Shown here in pieces: positions 12,901 to 25,475 of a stretch of DNA of 64,000 nucleotides. How positions within the stretch are numbered: position 1 is the stretch's first letter; each line of letters begins with the position of its first letter. Both the position numbers and the translations under genes were made by a program. Source of the stretch: Marsupella aquatica (taxonomy: Eukaryota > Plantae > Marchantiophyta); contig OZ316894.1 of assembly GCA_973895155.1 (NCBI GenBank), positions 26,583,240 through 26,647,239 on the forward strand, given 5' to 3'. The notes under the pieces were generated by a model. The model was not told the origin of the DNA. It saw nothing but the letters and a program-made list of their open reading frames with translations, and did not search any database.

Positions 12901-15900
12901 CGTAAGGAAGCGAGAAAGGCTCGTTGTGAAGAAGAGGTGCATGCCCTTACCATTCCTTTTTGGGAGCAAACAGTTTTCATCTCATTGGCAATCTTCCGGG
13001 CATCTAGCGGAAATCGCCCTTTGAAGCAAACTACCCCCCAATTCGGGATCTGTACCGGCGCTTTCATAGTCTACAATCAATCAACCGCAAGGCTGTAAGC
13101 CAGTCAGATCCACCTGTCGGAAGTAGAGGATGAAAAGCTCCATTCTTATGGCTATAGAGGATGAAAAGCTCCATTCTTATGGCTCTTGCACAGAGAATTA
13201 ACTCGGTCTGCTTGGTTCCAAATAAGTAAGGAAGAGAAGGTTGAAAGGTTGAAAGGTTACCCTTCCGCCGAAGTTCCACCGTCCATTCCGAGGCACCTCC
13301 TCGAAGCGGTTCCCGAACATGAGCTGCCAATCAGGAATAACGCTGATTGTGATCAATTACAAGTGAGAGGTCAGACATGGGATGGTCATTTGAACAAATA
13401 AAGCAAACGTCCTCTCCAGAAGTATGGTAGGTATATACAAACCTTTGGAGAGTCCAACACCCGACCTTGGACCCTCTTCATGTTCGTGTCGATTGTCACA
13501 TTGAACTCCTTTAAAAGTTCGTCGTCTTTGTAGTTGTTTTTATCTATAGCCTGCACAGAACGTCTCATTCGGTGTAAGCGTCCACAGTTGTCATGATGTT
13601 CCCACTTGAACTCGTGCAATGAGATCACAGATATGCTTCAGGAGTTCATCGTAAGATGAAAACAGGGGATTCCACTACGAAAATGGTTCGGACCTACCTC
13701 CTGAATCTGATTCTGTCTGTCAACAGGGGCTTGCCGAGTATGATCGATTTGTTGCTGCCTTTGATTAGTGCTCAGAGCTCTCTTGTATCTCTGGCCCGGT
13801 AATATTGTACAAAGCTGTGGGACGGAAGTACATCAGAACCCTATGACAGCGCAATTTGGAAATTATTTCCGCAATTCTCCAATCCCGATAGTCCTGACAT
13901 GTGTCTCACGGACAATCTCTCATTACCGTTTCGATGATCACTTACTTTCAATACTGCTATAAATTTCAAAACATTCACATCAATCCACCCATATTGTCTG
14001 GGACGCGTGATTCTCGAATCATAAGAATGCAACGTATGACTGTGGCATGAAAACGGGACTTCGAACAATACAAATTAGCGGCATGAAAACGGGACTTCGA
14101 ACGATACAAATTAGCAAGGCAATGACCAGGATAAGAGTCTTGACTCGGAGTCATCACTGCCGTCTTTTCAGAGAACTTATAGAGTTAACATGTGGAGCTA
14201 TGTCGAGACCATACCTCCATTGGAAGATAGACAGCCTTGGTAGAACGGCCCACATCCAAAGCGGGCAGGTGCGGAAATTTCAGTCTCAACTTCCGTTCGT
14301 TCTCGAAGTAATTAGCCACAGTCACCACCACACTGTCCGATGGGCTCCCATCTGTGCCCCTCGCCCGCATTGGAAACCTGAGGAAGTTCTAGCCGCGGAA
14401 AATTAGCCTTAGTCGTACCCGTCCGCATGAGGTGGCTGTCATGGAATCCTCGTAATGAATTAACGTACAATTGGGCCACCTAAAAGGAGATCTACCCCGG
14501 AGGAATTTGAAACCGCTTGAAGCTTTTGTTCAAATGCAAAGACATATGGCTCTTATCAAGGACGAGGGCAAATCGAAGAGAACTTACGTCTGCCTGTCAC
14601 AAGATTCCGGACTGAAGCCGATGATTTTGTGCTTTCGCCCCGAGTACGCTTCGACCATGACAGACTTTAGGATCCTCTTACACTGAAAAAATCCCACAAA
14701 AAGTTTCCACATCGCACAGTAGAACAAACTGGAATAGATCAGATGGTCGAATAAAAATCATTGACACCCTCAAGGTGCAAATGCAGAACCACTGCCATCT
14801 CCACTCCAACTAGAAACTTGCGGCGAATCCCCGGTTGAAAAGCGAAAACATCTCAATACCTTCATCCAATCTTGTTGATTGAAATTAGATATTGGCTTTT
14901 TGCAGTGGTCCGAGAGGAACTGCATCACTGCGACCGGCTTAATAAGTAGCGTGGTTGACAAATCTGCATAGGTAGAGTCATAGTGTCAGCCAGCTCATGC
15001 TCAACATAGAGACTCCATGCAGGCCGAGATAAAATGCTAGGATGGACGACAGAGATGACTACTTTGAACGTATTTGAAATCATACTACGGAACGATTAAG
15101 GAGAGATGCTCACCGAAATTCAGGGACAAACCACCAGAAGTCGGCCTGAAACTGACGTGGAAGCCTCTCCACAGAACCACGCCTTCTCCTATGTTCTGAA
15201 CTCCTCCAAGGGAAGGGTGGAAGTAGTTTTCCTTCAAGAGGAGGTAATCCCTGACAAATGGAAGTAAATTATGTTAGTGAAGTTGTAGAGCCACCTATGG
15301 ACAACGTTATGAAAAGAGCATAGAACCACAATGCAGCAGAAGTAGACAGCCCTGCCTCTTCGCAGCATGTTCCCTCAACATTATGTCCAGAACTCGCAGA
15401 CCCTCCTGCGCTTTATCGTTACGCTCCCCACGGAGAACGGAATTGATCGCCAGCATATCAATTACGGCGACACGGGCAAGTGTCACGGTGAACTCTCTTC
15501 CCGGCCGGCTCCTCGCGACTGGATCAGGACTACCAGAGATGTCCTTCACAGGTTCTTGTCCGTTTCGCGTCCTCCTGGAACTCAATACAAAGGGGAACTG
15601 AGTACTAGCCAATTCATCGAAAGTTGCGACTCGACCATAATTCCGTGGCATTTCAACACTACTCGGTTTTCTGGAATCTCAGGGTGTGGAGGGGAACGCA
15701 AATAGATTACCTGCTGCCCCGCCCAGGCTCATCTTCCAAGAGAACCGGGAATTCATTTTGATTCAAGCTGAGAGATCCAACAACAAACAAGCTCTTCTCA
15801 CCATCATACGCAAACCGCTTCCCATCAAGAAACTCACTTCCGTAAGTAGCATGAAGAGTTGCCATTACTTTTCGGTTTACAAAACTTTTGACCGGTGGCT

Positions 15901-16551
15901 CAATAGTCACCTAACAGAACAACCAATACTTGGAAATTTAGTAGACACAGAAAATACATCGGTGATGAGTGAATCAATAAATTTCCTTTGTGTACATGTC
16001 ACCTACGTCGAATCGATTAAGACTCGGTGCAATAACCCGTCCAGGAATGATTTCTTTGTGTTCCAACTCGGAAAAGAAACGAATAGGAGGAACATTTCTA
16101 GTGCAGGCCATCTGGGTGGTACAATTTCCTTTGGATGAGTACGCAGTAGTCCGAATCCAGCAAGGCAACATTTATACGCAGGCTAAGGGCTAGGAAGCTG
16201 TGCAGAAGACTAAAACCATAGGAATGACTAGGCCAATAAAAGTAACCAAGAGAGCAATAAAAGAGCAATTTGAGCTGAAAATTTTCATGTGCGCACATTG
16301 TATTGACAAACTGCCTCCGACGGTTGGAACGAGACTCTGAAATGGTTGCATTTGAGGTCCACTGGCTTGCCAATCTTGCCGAGCCCGGGTCTCTTCATTT
16401 GTTGGTACTTCTGAATTGCAGTCGGCCTCAGTTTCTTTCCTGGGGGTTCTGCAGTTTTATCTCCAGTCACATCAGCGAGGGTCCTAGGCACCATTCCAGG
16501 AGGCCGGGGGGGTGGAGGTGGCAAACTCTCATTCGATTCAGGGCCAGACAT
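10000..16551 (-). CDS. AGO4: Argonaute, AGO4/6/9 clade (N, PAZ, MID, PIWI)
   Basis: 21 phase-consistent exons: 16297-16551, 15711-15910 ([10 protein letters not shown]), 15356-~15574, 15114-15250 ([17 protein letters not shown]), 14860-14963, 14588-14682, 14215-14377, 13698-13814, 13443-13550, 13261-13323 (NGRWN), 12951-13070, 12679-12859, 12297-12415 (TQC..KINLK), 11981-12118 ([13 protein letters not shown]4-clade signature), 11664-11782, 11432-11500, 11166-11344 ([18 protein letters not shown]), 10804-10877, 10569-10663 (GTSRPTHYH), 10281-10312 and 10000-10169 (YYAHLAA...MFYA*). The catalytic D-E-D-H residues are present. Confidence 0.95.
13124..13184. repeat. 31-bp tandem duplication in an AGO intron
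   Basis: tagaggatgaaaagctccattcttatggct occurs twice in tandem. Confidence 0.9.
14044..14115. repeat. 36-bp tandem duplication in an AGO intron
   Basis: ggcatgaaaacgggacttcgaac(a/g)atacaaattagc occurs twice in tandem. Confidence 0.9.
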
Positions 16552-18367
16552 TTTCACGGAACCAGGAAGTGTGATACTTGTTAGAATGAGCTAGGTGTGC
16601 TGCCAGAGAACGAGAAAAGCTCAGTGCGGAAGGAGTAGGGGACGCCAGCACCTGAACCACAGCAAAACATGAACAGTTAGACAGTCTCGACGACAGATTC
16701 GCCTATTGTCAATAACGTTAGATTAAAATGCATCTTTTCGAGCTCGCCAAAGTCCGGACAACTCGGATGACCAGACGGTGAGCTGAAGAGTCAGGACCGA
16801 AACAACGAAGGTTCGACACGTACAGCACGTCAGAATGACATCACACAGTCCTACATTATTTTGCATTCTGGATTGTAAACCCCTACAAGACTAGCTTTCT
16901 TTCCACAACAATAAGATCGATACCGAGGAGGCCAGCAAACAAGTGCCTTCCTAAACTGCCACAATGGCCACACTTAATCACAGCAACCCTACGGATATGA
17001 TGTATAAGTCAAAAAGGACGGGAAACTGAATAGACAAAATCTACCGAGGCGCAGATTACGCACGGCGATGAAACAAAGCTCTTGCAGGAAATAGACTGAT
17101 TTCATTCGCCGGCTGTATGACGATAGTTCAAGAAAATCAAGAAGCGATATTTCATGGAGACAGGAATTCAGGAGATGACAAATTGTGGACAAATAGAATA
17201 AAATCAGAGAGACCACCAGGTAAGAATTCTATACAGAACCTTGCAGGTTGGTGCAGAATTCTTCGGCGTGAGCAGACGTAATGGCAACAATAAAACAAAG
17301 GAAATTTACAGTCCAAGATACGAAGCTCAAAGATTACTGAGTAGCGATGGTGGATACACGTAGACAGGACAACCATCGGCATCTTTTACTGTACCTTATT
17401 GCATTGCCTGACAAGCCTACAGTAAGCGAGCACAGTAATAGAAGAAATTAGCCGTTCAAAAAGTAAAATTTCCACACGGGCATCATATGCATGTCAGCTA
17501 GACGGAGGGAGTGTAGACACCGAGAAGGCCCAGCCGGTCTAGGATCCAAACTCCTCTGTGGGGTGCTTTTCCATGGACAACGGAAGTCAATTTCGCCGAA
17601 CTGGCGCGTGTGATGCTTGTTGCAAACTTCAAATGGAGCTCGAACAGATAGACGGACTCAGCGGAGAAGATGAATGGACTCAGCCAGAGCTGGTCTTAGA
17701 ACGATCGACGGCCGATTTTTCCATCACAAAGCGAAAATCACTAGGAACACAAAAATAGCGCGGTAAGATACGTAAATTGCAACATAGCGCAATCAACAGA
17801 CCTGAAATGACAATGTTCCACAATCGCACGAAGGGCCCAAAGTTTGACAGCAGCACACCCCTCAACGGAAACTCTCTTCCTACACAAATCCTGTGAAAGA
17901 TGGAGGTGCCCAAAACGCAATAATAACGACGGGCTGTCGGTGAGCATGTATCTACAATACGGACATTCCTGGAAGCTGAAAGGAGTGAGAAGGCTTGTTG
18001 AATATGCAGACCTCGGAGGTCCCAGCACCGGCCACGAACGAACGACTCAGCGGAAAACGCTCGAGCTCATGAACCTCGTCGGCTGAGAAGCGGCAGCAGA
18101 AAAATTCGGAGTGGCGTCGGCTCGGCAGAGAAGCTCGCTTTATCGAGATCGACTCAACTGGTTCCTTTCTTTCCGCATTTTTCCAATGCCATGTTGTCTT
18201 CTGCCGAGTTGCGAAGACAGAATTATCCTCCTCCTCTGTACTGTTCTGAGCTGGAAGTGAAGTCCAGCTGCATGAACACACACGAGAACCGCGATTTGAT
18301 AATCTGGTCAACACAAAACGCTCTCCAGAAAAACAACCTTCACGCTCACGAGCCTGAGTCAAAAATA

Positions 18368-18960
18368 TATATAAGACTGCTAGAGAAAAACCGCCAAAGT
18401 GGGAGGCAAGGCAGGAGATTCAAGAAAGGGGAGAATATAAGGGGAAAGCCCAGAGCTTCGGGAGGGAGGACAGGACACCCAAGAATAATCATGGGGTGAT
18501 GGGGAGGATACAAGGGAAAAGCCCGGGAAGGCAAAATGCCCCAAAAGCCAAAAGGTCGCTCCAAAGACAGGAGGTCAGAATACAAGCGAAGACTGAAGAG
18601 CCAAAAGTCCAAAAGCTAACAAGAGACCCAAAAGCTCGCTCCAATGGCAATAGGCCAGAAAACAAGGGAAGCCCAAAGAGCCAAAAGTACATATCACAGT
18701 GCCCAAGGGCAAAAAGGCCGAACTGGGAGACAAGAATCCAATGGCAAAACAACCAAATGAAGGGAAGGAAAAGAGGGAAAGGGCCCACAGCTAACAAGAG
18801 ATCCAAAAGCTCGCTCCAAAGGCAATAGGCCAGAAAACAAGGGAAGACCAAAGAGCCAAAAACTAACAAGAGATCCACTAAAGAGGAGAAAACAAGGGGA
18901 AACCCTACTAATACCAAACAGCAAAAAAAAGACCAAAGCCAAAAGCTCGTTCCAAGTAAA
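18368..18960 (-). mobile_element. Cluster of 3'-terminal fragments of the CRE-like non-LTR retrotransposon family
   Basis: Minus-strand termini TAGCAGTCTTATATAT (~18368) and GGGCACTGTGATATGTAC (~18687) match the 3' end of the element at 54436/54610. The region has the same pyrimidine-rich (minus strand) 3'UTR composition. Confidence 0.55.
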
Positions 18961-21699
18961 TGAGAAAGTACTCCCATGCAATGTAGTAGTACTGTAGTGC
19001 AATAAAATAAATATAAATATTTATTAGAAATGTGGACCTGACAATATATTTAAGAGTGCTCCCGAACCTCGTGTTATGAATGTTATAAGCATCCTGATGT
19101 AAACAGTGAACCTTCATCGTATGCATTATTTTTAAACTACCAACTTAAAGAGGATAGTGATAGTTTGGGTTATTTTCTGGCATAGATAATTATTATTATT
19201 TAATGCAGATCCTATGTGAAATGGGATGGCACGACGGTGCTACCTGTTTTCAGAACACAAATTGAGCTAGGAGGAAACAAGTTTATTGTGAAAAAGACCC
19301 CCAAAGAAATAGAAAATGGGAAAAAATTCCAAAGACCAACACCAAAAGTACTACTCGGATGGATGGCGCGTTGTCCACGATGCTCCCTGGATTGATGAAA
19401 CTGCCATCAACTATCCCTAAAAGGTTTTAAATTGCCTAATAGCATTGTTTATAAGAACTGAAAACTACCTGTAAATACCATACCACGAGTACTACCAGGT
19501 CATGGCCATCAAAGAACATGGCTGCAAAAGTTGAACGTCAACTAAGATCGACAAGTGTGCCAAAGACTAATAGTAGAGACCATCTGAAATACTTATAGTA
19601 GCCGCCTGAAGTACTCAATAAAAATAATTGCAGCACCCATAAAAATACTCAATCCTGGCATTGTGCAAAATACAAGAGGCTTCCGGTCTAAGTGTGGTGC
19701 CCAGTCGACGTGCTGAGGGACCAGTTCCTGCAATGCTTGACCACTTAAACCACCACTAGCCCCGACAAAATCCAGATCCACCAGGTTTCACTATTAACCT
19801 TATACTTTTCCCAAAATGGTGGAGCAGAGTGGCACAGTAGAGGCTGAAAAGGGGGAAATCTTGAACCCTTCCCCCTTATATATTACCACATGGCCAGTGG
19901 CGGTTTGAGTCGTTTTGGGAAACTGAGCCTTGGCTATGGCGGTTTGAGTCGTTTTGGGAAACTGAGCCTTGGCTATGCTTTGCTAACACAAACATAGGAA
20001 AGCAGTTATAGGAAATACTTGCAGAGAGTCAAATACTTCGAAGAAATAAAGTTGCTTTGCAACTCCAGCTTTTGGTTGCCAGTGGTTGCCAGTGCTATCC
20101 CGGAGGATCCTGATATAAATCAAAGGGAAAGGAGCTGCAAAAAGCTGTGGATCAGCTGACTACTCTCAACTGCATTTTCTACTCAAGAGATCAGGATCAG
20201 TCACTTCTGCAATTCTATACACTTGGGCATCAACTACATTGGCAATTGTTGTAGGGAAATCCCCTTTGAACAAACAATGGATAAGCACACTCAAATACTT
20301 GGACCAGAGAAACAATATAAACCCTACATCACACAATCTCATTTCGTTTGTCTCATGATTTATTTACAAAATGCCATTCTGGCAGGAAGGTGTTTGATTA
20401 TGGTGACATTTTTCTTGACTATGAGATGGGTCTGAAGGTAGCACAATGCACCTTTTTTTCACTAAACTTTGGAGCTTGCACATTCCTTGAAATCCAGTTT
20501 CCATGCAAACTCCCTACAGGATCCAACTACCTGGCCATCTCACCTATGCTAGACAACACTTCTGCTATGTTAAGCATAGACTCATTGGTGCTCTCCACAC
20601 TCGTTTTGACCACTTCCTTTGGGCTTGTGTGGATTTTTCATATTGAGCAAAGATCTTTTCCCCTATTTCTGTCCTCACAACCTTCTTTCGATAGAGGGTG
20701 TTGGTAGCACTTCAGAGGGCCCAGGCTTTCACCATTCTTCATAGATCAAAGGCAGTTGATTTTAGGGTCACTAGACACATTCCCCTCCGTGACCCTCCTA
20801 AGCGGATTATTCAGGAGCTCTACCAGACTTTTCAATTTAACGCCCATTAGGGATTTAGTTTGTTATTTACAGAACCCCACGGGAAGTTGCTTCCAACATT
20901 CATGGATGTAGGTGCAGCCACATCAGCATGATTTGTCACAAACAAGACCCGTTAGTTATGCAAGAAGAACCAAATTTGACTATTCATGTTTGAGGCAAAG
21001 CAAAGAAAAACAGTTAAACCCAAAACAATGGAAAACTGAAAAAAACAAATAAAAGGGTAATATAGAGATGAAAAAAATAGTCTTTGAATGAGTTGTGATT
21101 GATATATAGTGGTTCTCGATAACCTGTTTCAATTTTCTATTTAATTTAGACATTTTTGATATATTGATCGACAAGTAGAAAGAAACTCTTCAACTACTCT
21201 AACATTTACCAAGGTAACATAAGAAACCCAAGAAATTTTTCAACGTCTCTAACATTTACCAAGGTAAGGCCCGTTGGTTACTATGGATAGAGGAGTAGCA
21301 AGCAAAGGTAAGAAACACCATAACTACTATAGATAGAGAAATACCAAGGGACTCAAAGGTCTTTCAACTACTACTGACAAAATAATATTTTGCATGAAAT
21401 ATATGGAATGGTCATGTATTGTAGTAATATTTTACATAAAATATATGAAATGTATTGTATAGGCATAGAGATACTAAGGGAAACATTTTGCATGGAGAAT
21501 TATACTCAGTATTACCATGAATGTACTCCTATTTGTTTTCAATGAAATTGTCCTAACTACCTTTAAAATTCATTTTATTTAAAGTTCTTCATTTAATCTT
21601 TGTCTATCTATTCCAATGTGCAACTCTTCATTATCCCAAATAGTTCAATAAAACAAGCTTACATAACCAAGGGGTTCTTGAACTAATTGCTTCTTAGTG

Positions 21700-21864
21700 G
21701 ATTTTTTTTGTTTTTGTAGAGTACCCCTTGTTTCGTTGGGCCTCATTGGTCTTCTTGAATGGGGTCTTTCAGTTTCCCTTTCCCTCCCTTTATTGGGTGT
21801 TTTTGCCTTTGGTATCATGTCTCCCTGTTTGACGTCCCTTTCTTTTTGGCAGTGTGATATACAT
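21700..21864 (+). mobile_element. 5'-truncated 3' fragment of the CRE-like non-LTR family
   Basis: A T-rich tract ends in TTTTTGGCAGTGTGATATACAT, the same terminus seen at 40150, 54436 and 54610. The left boundary is approximate. Confidence 0.55.
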
Positions 21865-22505
21865 CAACAAGTGATAGTTGGATAGGTAGAAATAACAACA
21901 TTCTCCAATAAAGAAATGGGGTTATAGAGTTATGGAATGTCCATATAACCTGTGGGCACATTCCAAAGTGACATACATAGTAAAGTCTATAGTGTCTAAG
22001 TGCAGACTCCCTTGGAAGACACTAAAACCGGCACTTATGACAAAGGTGTATCGTTTATGCACTTCTTCATATGTCCATGTTGCAATTTTCAATAGTGCAT
22101 GAAAAATTGGTTATGCATCTCTGCAAGTGTCTATGCATAGGATTCCTCATGCCCTGAATCTTCATAGTGCTAGATTCAACTGGATAAGTGTATGAAAGTA
22201 GCATGTGTAGTTGTTGTCCCTTGCACTTATCAATAATGCCTCTAACATATGTGTTGTAGTAATTGACTAATGCATGTGCACGGGTATAGATGGAAATGCA
22301 CTTATGTATTTGTCTACTAGTGATATCCACTTGCACTTACAGACTGTGCATGTTTTGGTTCATTTACAAAGAAACATGCTATAATATCAAGGGACCACAC
22401 GAAGACCTACAATTAGCAAAAGAATGCACTTATGCACGGTAGATTGCTATACAGCGTCCTTATGTGCATTTCCCGGAAAGGGTCCAAGTTTCATAGAGCA
22501 GGAGC

Positions 22506-23523
22506 TGTTGTCCCCTATCTTTGAGAAAATCCCAATGCTGGATTTCCGGTTCCTTTCCTCCCTATTTCGCGAGCCGTCTTTCCCGTTCCGCATCTTCCAC
22601 TCATTGCGTCAAATCCCAATGCTGGCCTTCTGGACCCTTTCCTCCCTATTTGGCGGTTGTCCTATCTAGCCTTCCGGACGGCTTCGTGGTGACAGCATAT
22701 TATTACTCGGACAGACTCGATATCACTTACTCCGAACCAGTCACCTAACTTCTTGATTATAGGTACGCTATTAATTAATTAATAATCCCGCTTGTTGATA
22801 CGTATCAAAAACTTTGTAGATCGTATATATGAGTACAAATATCTTTTCATCCCGTATAACAACGTATTGGTACGGTGTATTCCTTCGGCCGGCGCCGCCA
22901 GAGTACCAAAGCAGAAGGCGCCACCTCAGGCGAGGAAGAGGGGCCAGACGTGCCGGAAAGGGACTTTGACGAGGGGGTAGCCGACGAGCCTAATTATGTG
23001 TCCGGTGGAGAATCTTTCGCCAGGCGGATAATTATGTGAATCCCGGAGTCCTGGTTTAGTACGTAGGCTATAAAAGGAAGCAGCGCTAGGAGTGCGCAGT
23101 AATCATTTTGGGCAAGATTGTAGAATCCAAATGCTCCAACATTATGAGCATTCCGTTAGTCATGGCAGATTGGCAGTCATCCAGGGATCATCATTCGAGT
23201 ATGGCTAGGGTACCGAAGTGTGTGCGCGCAGTGAAGTTCAGTTCCCTCGTGCCATCGAGTGGCGTTGTGGTGTTTACTTCTAGGGAACCTCCGGACTCCG
23301 GTAGTGGCAAGGGGGCGAGAATCCATTTTTGACTACGGAAGCCATCGGCAGAGAGCACCGGCCAAGAGAGGTTGGATTACTTTGTAGCTAGTGGCAAATT
23401 TGGGAATGCTCGACTGCGCCCGTTTTCAATAGGGCGTCTCAAAGGTTGCGTTGCTGATTCCAGTTGCGATCAGTTACGGATTCCCAGGAAAAAGTGACGG
23501 ACACGAAAATCCGTGTCCAAACA
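22506..23523 (+). mobile_element. Possible solo LTR
   Basis: CpG-rich ~1 kb island in CpG-poor surroundings, with TATAAAAGG at ~23070, internal direct repeats (aaatcccaatgctgg...tttcctccctattt) and an LTR-like end (..CCGTGTCCAAACA). No convincing TSD was found and the left end is uncertain. Confidence 0.35.
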
Positions 23524-23673
23524 ATGCTGAACAGTAACCGAAACTGATCATTCCCGGCCTCATTTTCTGCAACTCCAAGGATTGAGACTGCCTACTCTTG
23601 CGTCAATGTTTGTTTCAGTTTTTTAAGTGACGTTTGTATTATCGACCCCACCTGTATTGAGTAGAGGTATATA

Positions 23674-23694
23674 TAAACCCTAAACCCTAAACCC
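23674..23694 (+). repeat. Plant telomere-type repeats (TAAACCC)x3 / telo-box
   Basis: taaaccc taaaccc taaaccc abuts the left arm of the large inverted repeat. Confidence 0.8.
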
Positions 23695-25396
23695 CCTTTC
23701 CTATCCAAGAAGACAAATTAACTCCCTAAAGCAGAAAAATGAAGCCAATGGATGGAGGACTTACCTATGATGGCTAGCAAGGATAGATGGTCGTACACTG
23801 TTGCCTTTGTCATCGAAATGTAGACAGAATTAGACGGGGACGAGAATCATACTCGAGACGAGGTATATCCTTAATCAATCCCCATCTGACTCTTTCTACC
23901 CCAATCAACCTCCAAAGTCTATTTCTTACCCAATCGACCCCCTTTTGCACTTTTGTACAGAAACTACATGTATTCCTTGTATTCTCTACTACTGGGACTG
24001 TGCACCCAGTTCATGACATCATTGTCACATTGTGTATTGCGACCATAGTCTACCCAAACTGTGAGCGCAAGCAACTTGACTGTCATGTTCACCGCATGGT
24101 TTCGGCCGGCCGAGACTGCGGCAACCAAGTATTTAAAAAAACATTTGAATGCAAGACTAGTAATGTCTTCATATGTTTATTGCTAGCTCACATGTCCTCA
24201 TAAGACGTGCTCCAAGCGTTCATTGTCTTACGTTCTGTCACGACAATTTCTATAGGTTACTGTTCTTGGCCATCACATAAAATCCATACAGCCTGTGTAC
24301 ATTGTCTCACGTTCTGTCACGACAATTTCTGTAGGTTATTGTTCTTGGCCATCACGTAAAATCTATGCAGCCTGTGTACATGGCTTGAAAGCCAATGTGA
24401 AGACTCAATATGGCAAATGAATTACTGACATCTTTATTGGTGGCATTTATGCTAATGACAAGAGCCAGTAGGAATGTGAGTGTTGCTTGTCAAACAACAA
24501 TGCTGCTTTGGATTTCTGAGTATTTTCTTCTCAGTGGACATGGATGATTGTTGTGGCTGATGATTATGCCTTGTGTGTATCCACTTTGTAAGGTATGAAG
24601 CTTGTTTGAGGCGGTTGAAAGAGTCTGTGAAAGTAGATGTTAATTCGACTAATGCAGTGGACTACACTAGGTCACTAGATGTAAAATAGTACTCACGGCA
24701 TGCCTTCCCCCTTCCTCGGATGGCAAAAGTTACAAGTAACCCTGCTGAGTTTGTCCAAGAATGACAAAAATTGTCGTGACAGAACGTGACACAATGAACG
24801 CTGGCCTGGAGCACATCTATGAGGACATGTTAGCTAGCAATGAACATATGAAGACATTACTAGTTTTGCATTCAAATGTTTTTTGAATTACTTGGTTGTC
24901 GCATTCTTGGCTGGCCACAAACCATGCGGTGAACATGACGGTCACCTTGCTTGCGCTGACAGTCCAGGTAGACTATAGTCGCAGTACATGGTGATACAGG
25001 GAATACTAGTGAATACAGGGAATACATGTATTTTCTGTACAAAAGTGCAAAAAGGGGTAGATTGGGTAAGAAACAGACTTTGGGGTTGATTGGGGCAGGA
25101 AGAGTCAGATTGGGTAAAAAATAGACTTTGTGGTTGATTGGGGCAGGAAGAGTCAGATTGGGTAAAAAATAGGCTTTGTGGTTGATGGGGCTGGAAGAGT
25201 CAGATGGGGGTTGATTAAGGATATACCTCGTCTCGAGTATGATTCTTGTCCCCGTCTAATTCTGTCTACATTTCAATGACGAAGGCAACAGTGTACGACC
25301 ATCTATCCTTGCTAGCCATTGTAGGTAAACCTCCCTCCAATTGGCTTCATTTTTCTGCTTTGGGGAGTTAATTTGTCTTCTTGGACAGGAAAAGGG
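23693..25396. repeat. Long inverted repeat (foldback): arms ~23693-24268 and ~24755-25396, loop ~490 bp
   Basis: For example, ggctagcaaggatagatggtcgtacactgttgcct (23772) is the reverse complement of aggcaacagtgtacgaccatctatccttgctagcc (~25283). Colinear complementarity continues inward to cgttctgtcacgacaattt / aaattgtcgtgacagaacg. The right arm carries an extra ~51-bp tandem array (25060-25205), and the inner left junction has an ~79-bp tandem duplication (24221-24380). Confidence 0.92.
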
Positions 25397-25475
25397 ATGG
25401 TTGTTAATTTGATGTTTAGGGTACAGGTGACAGGGGGGACTGTGCATATGAATTAGTGGTAGGGCAAAATATTCA

